Below the pieces are notes generated by a model. The model was not told where the DNA came from. It made no database searches and was given only the letters and a program-made list of their open reading frames with translations. From Candidatus Atabeyarchaeum deiterrae (GTDB taxonomy: Archaea > Asgardarchaeota > Atabeyarchaeia > Atabeyarchaeales > Atabeyarchaeaceae), in the NCBI GenBank assembly GCA_037310415.1, contig CP147780.1, positions 864,001 through 928,000 of the forward strand: DNA of 64,000 bases, written 5' to 3'. Numbering within the stretch: the first letter of the stretch is position 1; each line of letters opens with the position of its first letter. Of the stretch, positions 1 to 9,753 are shown piece after piece. A program made the translations under genes and the position numbers.

Positions 1-299
1 AAGTTGAACGAATAGGCAAATTTGAAGAAATGTGCCGTGCATGTGGAAACTGCATCCTAGAGGAGACTGGTGGCATCTGCCCAATAACACGATGTGCAAA
101 GGGCCTGCTGAACGGTCCATGCGGCGGCATGAGCAAAGGCAAGTGCGAGGTAAAGAACTACACCAAGGACTGCGGATGGGTCCTGATCTATAATAAACTC
201 AAAGAACAGGGAAGACTCGACAAATTCAGACAATACAGAGAACCGCGTGATTACTCACTGTCAAGCTACCCAAGGAGCGTCGATACAAGGGCTGCTTAG
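1..299 (+). CDS. metV: MetV-type methylenetetrahydrofolate reductase Fe-S/Zn subunit, 5'-truncated by window edge
   Basis: CRACGNC..TGGICPITRCAKGLLNGPCGG..C..DCGW cysteine pattern; directly upstream of metF. Confidence 0.85.
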   Translation, partial: VERIGKFEEMCRACGNCILEETGGICPITRCAKGLLNGPCGGMSKGKCEVKNYTKDCGWVLIYNKLKEQGRLDKFRQYREPRDYSLSSYPRSVDTRAA

Positions 300-340
300 A
301 ACAAAGGGTAGCAAAATATAGAAGAGGTGTGTGATTCATA

Positions 341-1264
341 GTGCAAGCATATAGTAATCTTATGAAAGGTATCGTCGAGGGCAGGTTTGTGTACACCGGT
401 GAGTTAGAACCAGAGAAAACGACAGACATAGCCCAAGTAATAAACGATGCAAAAGAATTGACGGGCTACGCCATAGCCTGCAATGTTACCGACAACCCGA
501 AGTCATGTGGGTACGTAAGCAGCCTTGTAGCGTCTTACCTTGTTCAGCGTGATGCTGGCATGGAAACCGTTTATCAGCTCACCTGCCGAGACAGAAATAG
601 ACTGGCATTAATATCAGATCTCCTAGGAGCGGGCGCGCTTGGCATAAAGAACGTCTTAGCTCTGACCGGGGACCATACGATGGTAGGAGATAATCCAGCC
701 TCAAAACCCGTATTCGACCTTGACTCAGCGCAATTAACGTCCCTAATAAAAATGATGGATCAAAAAGAAGTGGATCTTGCTGGGAACAAGATTGAGCATC
801 CTCCTAAGCTCAACGTCGGCGTTGCTGCGAATCCGAATGCAGACCCTCTCGAACCAGAACTTCTGAAACTCGAGAGAAAGGCAAAGGCTGGGGCAGATTT
901 CGTGCAGACACAAGTAGTCTTCGATGTGGAAAAAGCCAAACAATTCGTAAACGAAGCGTCAAAATACAATGTTCCGCTTCTAATCGGGATCTTCCCTTTG
1001 AAGAGCTTTGCAATGGCGGACTTCTTCAACAAGAACGTTCCAGGATGCTCAGTACCAAACGACCTTCTTGATAGACTGAAGCAACTTAAGGACGGCATCC
1101 AAGACAAAGAGGAGAGGAAACGGAAGACGGACGAGTTGAACGTAGACTACTTCACCAGCTTCATCAAAGAGCTGAAAAAGACAAGAGGCTGCAAAGGGAT
1201 TCACGTAATGGCAGTGGGCTATGCCAGTGTGACCAAACAATTAATAGACAGAGTAGGACATTAA
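341..1264 (+). CDS. metF: Methylenetetrahydrofolate reductase, flavoprotein subunit
   Basis: TGELEP, VTDNP, LTCRDRNRLAL, LTGDH, KAKAGADFVQTQ and GIHVM motifs. Confidence 0.9.
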   Translation: MQAYSNLMKGIVEGRFVYTGELEPEKTTDIAQVINDAKELTGYAIACNVTDNPKSCGYVSSLVASYLVQRDAGMETVYQLTCRDRNRLALISDLLGAGALGIKNVLALTGDHTMVGDNPASKPVFDLDSAQLTSLIKMMDQKEVDLAGNKIEHPPKLNVGVAANPNADPLEPELLKLERKAKAGADFVQTQVVFDVEKAKQFVNEASKYNVPLLIGIFPLKSFAMADFFNKNVPGCSVPNDLLDRLKQLKDGIQDKEERKRKTDELNVDYFTSFIKELKKTRGCKGIHVMAVGYASVTKQLIDRVGH

Positions 1265-1311
1265 GTCCTATGTTATTCATTTTTTTAAACTCTGAAGAAC
1301 TGGCGTATTAA

Positions 1312-1851
1312 ATGAGAATCTGTGTTCCTCTCAACTCAACAACTAGCAACCTTAGAAAGTGGGTTGCCAAGGTCTTTCACAAGAATACACTAGCATTCTA
1401 CTCAGTAGGACCAAAGTTCGACGAAGTCTTGGCCGATGTTAAAGACAAAGCCGATACACACTTTCCAAACCTCACGAACCTAAAGAACCTTCAAGTAAAA
1501 CTTAGATGTCTCAGTCTTGCAGAGGTTGACATAAGCGAGGCCTTCATCGTCGACTATTTGGTCAAGTGCTCGCCTGACCGTGCGGGTGGGACTAAGTTCC
1601 CCCCGGAATTGACTTTGCCCCTTCAGATGACTTTATGTCCGGTGGTCGACCTTTACGATGAGGAACCATGGCTCTCAGACTGTAGAGCTATGTTGGCAAA
1701 GGAAGAGGCTTGCTACATCGCTAACGGCGGTCTATTAGGACCATACTCTACGGCAAAACTCAAAGAGGATGACAATGGAGAACTAGTTTGGAACGTTTCA
1801 TCAAGAACTGAGGGAAAGGAGCAATTGACGATAAGGTCCACCATTGACTAG
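1312..1851 (+). CDS. Hypothetical protein
   Basis: 179-aa ORF filling the gap between co-oriented genes; no motif recognised. Confidence 0.5.
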   Translation: MRICVPLNSTTSNLRKWVAKVFHKNTLAFYSVGPKFDEVLADVKDKADTHFPNLTNLKNLQVKLRCLSLAEVDISEAFIVDYLVKCSPDRAGGTKFPPELTLPLQMTLCPVVDLYDEEPWLSDCRAMLAKEEACYIANGGLLGPYSTAKLKEDDNGELVWNVSSRTEGKEQLTIRSTID

Positions 1852-1885
1852 CACTGCTATCAGAACGCCAAGTCAGCAATAAAAG

Positions 1886-2743
1886 GTGGTTCAAACGAAA
1901 TTCACAAGACGTCTGCGCAATGAGGAATTCACCACTTCAGCAGAACTCACATTCTCCAGAGGAATCGATAGAATGGCCTTCATGGATGAGGCCAGAAAGT
2001 TATCGCAATCTGTTGACGCAATCGTAATCTCAGATTATTCCTTTGGACTTCCGACAATGAATCCTATAGTGCCTGCGCTATGGTTGAATGAAGAGAACAT
2101 CGAATCTGTAATGGGATTCTACATAGAACACAGAAATCCGGAAGCGATTTACTCGGATGTGCTAGCGGCCGTAGAAAGCAACCTAACTAATGTGATAGTC
2201 TCTTCATATGAGAGCCCTAAAGATTACGCAACTTGCTTAGAATTAGCTGACGGGATAAAGGTCACTCTTGAGAAACAATCAAAGGCCAAGAAGAGTGAAC
2301 CGCACAAACTCATAAACCTCGGACTGACTTCCGGCTACATGATCGAAAGACCCGAAGACAGCGTGACCCTTGCAAGGAGATATGGGGCGGACTTTGTTTG
2401 CCCCCCCGAAACATACGATATCTCGGGCATTGTTGAACCGCTGGTAAAAAGAGCAAGATCCATTGGAATCCATACAATACTAAAGACTACTCTATATGCG
2501 TCAGTCAAAACGGTTAAGTTTGCCCGAAAATTCATTCCTGAGATGTTCATTCCACCCGAATTTGTGGAGGCAGTTGAAGGTTCATCTAATCCTCTGGAAG
2601 TGGGTCTGGAATTCGTAAGAGACTTCCTTGAGACTGCTAAGAGCCTTAAGGCATGTGGAGTGTGCTTGACTTTGCCGCAGAAATTTGAAGTTTACGAACG
2701 CATACCAGAAATAGTAGGCAAGAAATCCCCGGAAGTAGACTAA
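1886..2743 (+). CDS. Divergent MetF-like (MTHFR-fold) protein
   Basis: Follows the MetF pattern (FTTSAEL, VDAIVISD, HRN, GADF, IPPE) but lacks the GD and TQ motifs. Confidence 0.65.
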   Translation: MVQTKFTRRLRNEEFTTSAELTFSRGIDRMAFMDEARKLSQSVDAIVISDYSFGLPTMNPIVPALWLNEENIESVMGFYIEHRNPEAIYSDVLAAVESNLTNVIVSSYESPKDYATCLELADGIKVTLEKQSKAKKSEPHKLINLGLTSGYMIERPEDSVTLARRYGADFVCPPETYDISGIVEPLVKRARSIGIHTILKTTLYASVKTVKFARKFIPEMFIPPEFVEAVEGSSNPLEVGLEFVRDFLETAKSLKACGVCLTLPQKFEVYERIPEIVGKKSPEVD

Positions 2744-2744
2744 T

Positions 2745-3275
2745 CTACTGCTGTTGCACTTCTTCATGCTCTGGTTCCTCCACCTTCTTCGTGATTGGTA
2801 GGGGGACCACTGGTGTTCCTTCGACCTTGAGAGGCCGAAGAGCTATGCAGCTGTTTATGGATAAGATGCCCTTAACTAATCTCAGGCTTTCAATGAACCT
2901 GGTGAGCTCACTTAAGTTTCCTGTTTCTACCTTCAACCATATCCCACATTTTCCACTCATCCAGTAAGCTTCAGAGACGAGTGGAGATTCCACAAGCATC
3001 TCTATGATGTCACTCTCATGCCTCGAAGATGTGCTGACAGTTATGTACGCTATGATGGATTTCCCCGTTTTCTCTGGGTTTAGCGCTATCGTGAATCGTT
3101 CGATCACCTTATCTCTAATAAGTTTCTCAACACGTTTGCGAACTGCGGACTCTGAGAGACCAACATTGCCGGCGATATCTCCATAGGGTGCTCGGCCGTC
3201 CCTGAGCAGGCAATCCAGAATCTTCCTATCTTTCTTGTCTATGCCGTACATATAGCTCAATGTCTCCACCTCCAA
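2745..3275 (-). CDS. Lrp/AsnC family transcriptional regulator
   Basis: IDKKDRKILDCLLRDGR..GLSESAVRKRVEKL HTH plus C-terminal RAM-like domain. Confidence 0.9.
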   Translation of the reverse strand: MEVETLSYMYGIDKKDRKILDCLLRDGRAPYGDIAGNVGLSESAVRKRVEKLIRDKVIERFTIALNPEKTGKSIIAYITVSTSSRHESDIIEMLVESPLVSEAYWMSGKCGIWLKVETGNLSELTRFIESLRLVKGILSINSCIALRPLKVEGTPVVPLPITKKVEEPEHEEVQQQ

Positions 3276-3582
3276 GGACTACTTTTTACTGTTTCACCGC
3301 ATTATAAAAACCTTTTCACTGTTCATTAATCTCTCTTCGACTGATACCGCATCCCAGAAATAGGAGATATCCTCTTTTAGTCGACAAGAAGACTGGTTCC
3401 CGCGTCTCGAAGTGCATTTTAGTGCGGTGGACGCCCCAAATAGTCTCGATTTTGCTGAAGTGACGCTCGTTTCCACAGTTTTCGGTTATTTTCTGCTGTG
3501 GATTCATCAATTATCAACCACTTTGTCGGCGTTTTCATTACTTCTTCATCACAGCAACTAGTTATTTCCGTTCATCCAATGA

Positions 3583-3957
3583 GTGGATCAATATCATAAC
3601 CAAATATTCGGAGGAGATGTGGACTTGCCTCAAAGACACCTTAAGGAAATTGCCTTGGTTGCTCTCGCAAAGGAGCTTCCAGCCGTAGCAAGATCAATAA
3701 GCACTGAAAAAAGGGAAATGATAAGTGAGGATTCAATAGACCTAATTTTGAAGTCTCAGAGCAATCCGCTACCGCAGGGTTTAGCGTGGTCAATAATACG
3801 CTTGATGGGCTACGAGAAACAGACCACTGACGCCGGTATGGAGAAACTGCTTGAGGCTGGCATGATGGTGGAGCCTGAGCAGACTATAGAGCTTCTCGAT
3901 AAGCATGGCGAGAGAGAAGCAGCTAATGCCCTGAGGAGAATCATTTCAAATAGATGA
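3583..3957 (+). CDS. Hypothetical protein
   Basis: 124-aa ORF directly upstream of mer, same strand. Confidence 0.55.
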   Translation: MDQYHNQIFGGDVDLPQRHLKEIALVALAKELPAVARSISTEKREMISEDSIDLILKSQSNPLPQGLAWSIIRLMGYEKQTTDAGMEKLLEAGMMVEPEQTIELLDKHGEREAANALRRIISNR

Positions 3958-3984
3958 ATTTCGTGGAGAAGAAATCAGGAAGGT

Positions 3985-4983
3985 TTGATGGCTATGAAGT
4001 TTGGCGTGGAACTTGTTCCCAACAACCCGATAGACGAGGTTCTGAAGTGGGCCTCAGTGGCTGAGCAGAAGAAGTTCGACTACATCTGGGTAACGGATCA
4101 CTTCAACAATCGAAACACGTACGTTACACTAACTTCGATTGCTCTAAAGACAACGTCGGTGAGAATAGGACCAGGTGTAACTAACCCGTATCTTATCAAC
4201 CCAGCTTGGACTGCTTCTGCCATGGCCAGCCTTAGTGAAGTATCTAAGGGGAGGGCTGTTCTTGGGATTGGGGCGGGAGACCGAACCACTTTGGGATACC
4301 TCGGATTAGAACAGAAGAGCCCTGTTGCTGCCTTAGCTGAATGCGTAAGCATCATAAGAGGGTTGCTGAAAGGGGATGAGGTCAAGCTCCCAGGTAAGGT
4401 GTTCAATGTCTCGGGCGCCCGATTGAGCTATCAACCGGACTTCGTTCCAATCTACTTGGGTGTGCAGGGACCAAAGATGCTTCACCTTGCAGCGCAGATA
4501 AGCGATGGTGTCTTAGTGAATGCGTCTGATCCAGCGGAAATCTCATTGGCTGTGAGGGAAGTGAGAAGCGGGCTCGATGAAGCTAGTAGACCCTCTTCGG
4601 ACTTTGACATAGCTGCTTACACAAGCTTCTCCGTTGATACGGATCCCGCTATAGCGATGAAACTCGCTAGACCAGTAGTAGCGTTTATAGCTGCGGCCTC
4701 TCCCGATTCTGTACTCGAACGCCATGGGATCTCTCCTGAGTTGATTCAAACCATCAGAACGGCTCTCGGAAAGGGACAATTCAAAGAGGCGTTCAAGGCA
4801 GTTAATGACGAACTACTTGAAGTCTTTTCAATAACTGGAACACCATCCCAGGTCACTGAGAAAATATCTGCAATACTCAAGGAAGGAGTCTCTCAGCTGG
4901 TTATAGGCTCACCGATCGGGGTAGACAAGGTCAAGACACTGGAGTCGGTAGGCTCAGAAATAATTCCTCATTTTCTCCAGTGA
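3985..4983 (+). CDS. mer: F420-dependent 5,10-methylene-H4MPT reductase
   Basis: MKFGVELVP, WVTDHFNNRN, IGPGVTNPY, GIGAGD, QGPKML, NAS, IGSPIG. Confidence 0.9.
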   Translation: MMAMKFGVELVPNNPIDEVLKWASVAEQKKFDYIWVTDHFNNRNTYVTLTSIALKTTSVRIGPGVTNPYLINPAWTASAMASLSEVSKGRAVLGIGAGDRTTLGYLGLEQKSPVAALAECVSIIRGLLKGDEVKLPGKVFNVSGARLSYQPDFVPIYLGVQGPKMLHLAAQISDGVLVNASDPAEISLAVREVRSGLDEASRPSSDFDIAAYTSFSVDTDPAIAMKLARPVVAFIAAASPDSVLERHGISPELIQTIRTALGKGQFKEAFKAVNDELLEVFSITGTPSQVTEKISAILKEGVSQLVIGSPIGVDKVKTLESVGSEIIPHFLQ

Positions 4984-5126
4984 GTGTTCAAAGAACCTGA
5001 CAAGAGCACCCAACTGGAATCCCTTCCTTTATTGTTCTCTTGTTCTTGGTCTTCTTTAAGTCAGCTTAGAGTCTAAATGAGAATATAGGATTCGGAAAAG
5101 AAGCGGCAGGACTCTAGTTTCTCGCA

Positions 5127-6056
5127 TTACTGGGATCGCGCGCTTAGGACATCAAGCTTAGTAGATACGATGTTGCAGCCGGAGACCCCTTTAACTGCTT
5201 TTAACTCCTTGACAAGCATGCTTACCAGATTCCGATTGATCTCAGAGATCTCCTTGCTTCTCGTTTCTGTATTCACGCTCTTCTTTTCTGCCTCTTTAAT
5301 TCTTTCGACGAGGTCTTCTGGCGGTTTAGAACTCGGATAGAGTTTATTAATCCAGTTGGAAGTCTCAACCGAGTCAATAGGATAAAGAGTAACAATCAAG
5401 GGAATGCCTATCTTACATGCCAAGTCTGCAGTCATTTTCGCTTTTTCACTATCATAGACTGGCAATGTGATGAGGTATGAAGCACCAGCATGTTTTTCCT
5501 TCTGGATCATCGATTCTGCCATCTCAGGTCGCGAGTGATCGAATCCAACAACTGCACCGATATCAAAACTCGCCGGCTTTATGACTTCTCCTGTGAAAGC
5601 CTTTCCAACACTCATCTGCTTAATCATCGTTATCAATTGAACAGTATCAACATCGAAAACAGGTTTCGCCTTGGTGTACGTACTTGTTGTCGTGTGAGCC
5701 CCAGCTGCGACGACGATGTCAGTCAATCCAAGTTGACCTGCAGTTAGTATATCCGAGAAGAGCCCCAGCCTGTTCCTGTCTCTGCTGTCCAAGCAGTATA
5801 TGGACTGGATCTTCAGTTTTTCCTTGATCAAGTAACTAGGAACTAGTGTGTTAAGGTAGAGCGAAGCCTTCGGGTCTCGGCCTACGATCACGGCATCGAC
5901 CAAGTTCTGTATTTTCTTCGCTTTTTCCAGTAACTTCTCAATCGAAGTCTGGCTGTCAACCTCAAGTTCCGCCATTGTAACGAACTTGCTCTCTTTGAGC
6001 TTGCCAACGACGCCACTACTCGAGCTCCTTGGCATTAGAACTGCAACCTCCAACAA
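5127..6056 (-). CDS. Divergent MetF-like protein, paired with second MetV
   Basis: RDRNRLGLFSDIL and AKPVFDVD shared with metF, but GD replaced by GA and TQ by TL. Confidence 0.75.
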   Translation of the reverse strand: MLEVAVLMPRSSSSGVVGKLKESKFVTMAELEVDSQTSIEKLLEKAKKIQNLVDAVIVGRDPKASLYLNTLVPSYLIKEKLKIQSIYCLDSRDRNRLGLFSDILTAGQLGLTDIVVAAGAHTTTSTYTKAKPVFDVDTVQLITMIKQMSVGKAFTGEVIKPASFDIGAVVGFDHSRPEMAESMIQKEKHAGASYLITLPVYDSEKAKMTADLACKIGIPLIVTLYPIDSVETSNWINKLYPSSKPPEDLVERIKEAEKKSVNTETRSKEISEINRNLVSMLVKELKAVKGVSGCNIVSTKLDVLSARSQ

Positions 6057-6071
6057 TCATCCCTATATTCT

Positions 6072-6719
6072 CTAATCTGTCCACACCACTTCCCCAAGAG
6101 TAGCTCTCAGGGATCCATCTCTTTCAGGTTGATACTTCTTCAGGTCTTCAAGTCTTCCAAGTTGTTTCATCCTATCGCATATCTGAACCCAGACACAGTC
6201 GTTCTTCCATCCTCCAACCTCGCATTTCCCATCGGAAACCATCTCGCACGGTCCGTTTAGAAGTTCCTTCGGGCATCTAGATATGGCGCATATACCTCCT
6301 GTATCAAACAAGGTACATGATCCACACATTCTACATCTCTCATAGAATCGACCGAGTCTCTCAACCATTCCCAAGAACTTGGTATCAAGTGCCGGAACAA
6401 CTGTCTTCCTGGTCAGATCAGCGATAGACTGCACTCCTACGCCACAAGTCATTGCCAATATGGCATCTGCTTCTTCGATCTGTTTCTGCACGGTCCTGAG
6501 ATCCCTTTTTGATATCCTTAAGTCGCAGGGGGACTCGACGGCGACTGTTGCCAGAATTTGCTTCTTGTCTTTGAGTCTTTCTACCATTTCCTTGATTTCT
6601 TCTTCGCCGCCAGTTTGACACAACGCCGAGCATGTGTTGCATCCCACTATCACAATCTTGTCATAACCTTCAAGCATCTTCACGATGTCTTCGAGCGATT
6701 TCTGCTCGGTAATTATCAA
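6072..6719 (-). CDS. metV: MetV-type MTHFR Fe-S subunit, second copy
   Basis: MIITEQK, VGCNTC..C.TGG, CGVGVQ, CRMCGSC..TGGIC..RCPKELLNGPC. Confidence 0.85.
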   Translation of the reverse strand: MIITEQKSLEDIVKMLEGYDKIVIVGCNTCSALCQTGGEEEIKEMVERLKDKKQILATVAVESPCDLRISKRDLRTVQKQIEEADAILAMTCGVGVQSIADLTRKTVVPALDTKFLGMVERLGRFYERCRMCGSCTLFDTGGICAISRCPKELLNGPCEMVSDGKCEVGGWKNDCVWVQICDRMKQLGRLEDLKKYQPERDGSLRATLGEVVWTD

Positions 6720-6774
6720 ACTTAATCACCTCAACATCATTTCCTGATCTAAACCCTGATCTTGATCTTTTCCC

Positions 6775-7401
6775 TTACTTTGCAACCTCACTCATGCCAA
6801 TTTCAAGCCCTTTCATAAGTTGCGGAGTGTTATCTCCTCCTTCTTCCTCTAATAGCTCCTTAACTTCATTAACCTCTATAGGCAGCTTGCTTGTCCCTAG
6901 CGCAGCGCCCAGCATTACGATATTTGACATTGCAAAATCGCCGAACTCTCTCTTGGCTATCTCATTGGCTTTTACCCCTCTCACGTCCGGAGAAAAGGCC
7001 TTCATGATCTTGATAACTTCATCAAAAGGCGCTCCCTTCCAATTCTCAGACACTGCTTGAGGTGGGAGAATCTCATATTGGTTAACCAGTACGCATGTCT
7101 TCTCAGATGCAAACTTTGCGTTTCTAAGTGCCTCGTTAGTCTCCATGGCGATCAACATGTCTGCTCCAGCTTGTGGAACCAAGGGAGCGATTACGCTTGT
7201 TCTCTCATTTCGTTGTTCGCCAGCTTCATACATAACGTATCTTATGGAGTTGTCTACGGATCCTTCACGTTGCGAAGCCCCACGTGTCTCAGTTCCGACA
7301 ACGATCCACCCCTTCCTCTGTCCTATCTTCTTCAAGATATTCCCGGTTGTCATTATTCCTTGCCCGCCGACTCCTACTATTAGGATGCTGTATTTCCTCA
7401 A
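6775..7401 (-). CDS. iorB: Indolepyruvate/2-oxoacid:ferredoxin oxidoreductase beta subunit
   Basis: GVGGQG, ETRGASQREGSV, NIVMLGA. Confidence 0.9.
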   Translation of the reverse strand: MRKYSILIVGVGGQGIMTTGNILKKIGQRKGWIVVGTETRGASQREGSVDNSIRYVMYEAGEQRNERTSVIAPLVPQAGADMLIAMETNEALRNAKFASEKTCVLVNQYEILPPQAVSENWKGAPFDEVIKIMKAFSPDVRGVKANEIAKREFGDFAMSNIVMLGAALGTSKLPIEVNEVKELLEEEGGDNTPQLMKGLEIGMSEVAK

Positions 7402-7424
7402 TCATGGTTCCTCCCGATGAATCG

Positions 7425-9374
7425 TCACTCAATGTGCGGGTTGACTGTTGTCTTTGTTATTGCCATTCCACTCCTACAGATCTCCTTGCAAGCGCCACAA
7501 AGGGTGCACCTTGCGTCTTCTATATATGCGAATTCCTTCCCATTTTCCTCTTTTCTTATTAGGGCTGGGCAAGCGAAGCGCCTATAACACTCCTCGCAGT
7601 TCTGGCAACGATCGGATTCTATAGCGTAGTATGAGTATTTCCCTTTCTCCCGTTCAGCTTCTATAATAGGTTCCATTCTTCTTTTTGCAGGCAACGCGCA
7701 CTCACGTTGCGAGATGAGCACCCTCACACCCTTTTCTTCCAATCCTTCGGTGATTACTTGAATTGCATGACGGATACTGTATGGATCAAACACCTTCACA
7801 TACTTCACTCCACAAGCCTTAACTATATCTCTCAAGTTCACCGCGGGCTCAGCTTCCTCACGTAAGCTGTCAACACCAGTAGCAGGAGTAGGCTGCCCAC
7901 CAGTCATTCCAACCCACTTGTTATCCATTATAACAACAAGAACGTTTGCATTGTTATACACGGCACTTATCAACCCGGGAATTCCTGCATGTAGGAAGGT
8001 GCTGTCGCCGATCAAACCGACCATAGTGTCTTTGACTTTGAAACTCATCCCCGCAGCTATGTTGAAGCCCGCACCCATGGCTACAACCCAGTCCTGCATA
8101 GAGTATGGAGGAAGAGCGAGGGTAGCGTAACAGCCAATGTCTCCTCCAAAGATCACCTGACCTTTGCCTTTGCTTTCTATATAATGCTGTGCCGCTTTCT
8201 TCAACGCATATGCTGTAGCTCTGTGTGGACATCCTGGGCACAGGCTCGGATTCCTCTGTAAAGCTTTCGCCACGGCTTTGCTATACTTGGTCTGGATGCC
8301 TGCGTAGTCCACAGGTTCCTTCACACCAGTTGCCTTGCTAATGCCTCTTATCACAAGGTCGGTGTTTAGCTCGCCAACTGCAGGGAACAAATCTTTGCCG
8401 CGTACTTCTCTGAGCATCTTCTTGTCGAATAGTATTCTCTTCACTTCTGCTTCCATGAAGCCTTCTAACTCTTCAACCACAATTATCTTCTCAAGACCTT
8501 GGGCAAACTTCTCTATCAATTCAGGGTTGATGGGATAAGCGATGCCAAGCTTAAGGATGGGAAAATCATGAATTCCCAGCGAGTCCAGTGCCTCCATTGT
8601 GTAATTGAACGAACTGCCGGCTGTTATGACGCCCGTCTTCGCCTGACCTGATATAACCCTATTGAGCTCAGGCATATCGCCAGCAGCTTTCTCGGCTCTT
8701 TGAATTCGGCTTAGCAATCTTCCTTTGTTGCCCACAGCCACAAGGGTGGCGGATACATACTTACCAGGTGCCTTCTTGAATTGACCTTCTGCCTTAGCAG
8801 GATTAAGTTTTCCTAGAGCTACCTCCCCAATTCCATGGAGTGTTCTTGGAACCGCATATAACATTACAGGCAAGTCAAACTTCTCTGAGAGCTCGAAAGC
8901 CTTCAAAGTGAAGTCCTTGCACTCTTGTGAGTTTGACGGTTCAAGACAAATAGTGTGAGCATGCAATGCATAGTACCTATTGTCTTGTTCATTGGTCGAA
9001 CTTATGCAGCCTGGATCTCCTCCATTGACCAGCACGAGGCTACCAGGTTGAACTCCTATGTAGCACAATGTGAAGAATGGATCTGCTGCGACGTTCATGC
9101 CAACATGCTTCATCGCACACAGCGATCTCACGCCAGACCAGGCGCCACCAACTGCATTCTCGAGTGCTACGGCCTCGTTTACGGAGTATTGAAAATGCAG
9201 CCCCGGTACGTCTTTCGCGACTTCACATATAGTGTCTCCAACTTCCGAGGCGGGCGTGCCAGGATAAGTTGTGACCATACTGACGCCCGCTTCTAAAGCT
9301 CCACGGGCTATGGCCTCGGCGCCAAGCATTAACAGTTTTTCGCCTGTTTTGTCCGAGAGTATCTCTTTGGTAAT
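7425..9374 (-). CDS. iorA: Indolepyruvate:ferredoxin oxidoreductase alpha subunit (start uncertain; ATT at 9374 follows GGAGG)
   Basis: EAIARGA, YPGTPASE, MKHVGMNVAAD, CPGCPH, GDIGC, IGDSTFLH, C-terminal ferredoxin motifs. Confidence 0.92.
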   Translation of the reverse strand: MTKEILSDKTGEKLLMLGAEAIARGALEAGVSMVTTYPGTPASEVGDTICEVAKDVPGLHFQYSVNEAVALENAVGGAWSGVRSLCAMKHVGMNVAADPFFTLCYIGVQPGSLVLVNGGDPGCISSTNEQDNRYYALHAHTICLEPSNSQECKDFTLKAFELSEKFDLPVMLYAVPRTLHGIGEVALGKLNPAKAEGQFKKAPGKYVSATLVAVGNKGRLLSRIQRAEKAAGDMPELNRVISGQAKTGVITAGSSFNYTMEALDSLGIHDFPILKLGIAYPINPELIEKFAQGLEKIIVVEELEGFMEAEVKRILFDKKMLREVRGKDLFPAVGELNTDLVIRGISKATGVKEPVDYAGIQTKYSKAVAKALQRNPSLCPGCPHRATAYALKKAAQHYIESKGKGQVIFGGDIGCYATLALPPYSMQDWVVAMGAGFNIAAGMSFKVKDTMVGLIGDSTFLHAGIPGLISAVYNNANVLVVIMDNKWVGMTGGQPTPATGVDSLREEAEPAVNLRDIVKACGVKYVKVFDPYSIRHAIQVITEGLEEKGVRVLISQRECALPAKRRMEPIIEAEREKGKYSYYAIESDRCQNCEECYRRFACPALIRKEENGKEFAYIEDARCTLCGACKEICRSGMAITKTTVNPHIE

Positions 9375-9753
9375 TGGCGATCGCCTCCAACTAGCCACTA
9401 AAGTGGAATATCGACTCATATCGTACCGAGTAAATAAAATGACCCGAATCAACAAGGGTGACCAGTTCTGTCTGTTTTTTAGATGAATGAAAAGCATCTT
9501 ATAATGTTATCTAATGTCCAGTTTGCACAGAGAGATAAGCACATCCGACATATTTATTTGGTGAAGCAAAAACTCCTATCTATTCTAGGTCATCAGGGTG
9601 TTATGTCATGAAAGAGACGGATGGCACTTTGGGATCTGGGGACAATCAATCGGTTCCTTGCTCGATCCACGAACATGTAACTTTGGTTGTGTCGGAGGGC
9701 GACTAAGAATGGTGCATTCTCTAAGCAGTGACTCCCACACTTCACGGAGTGAA

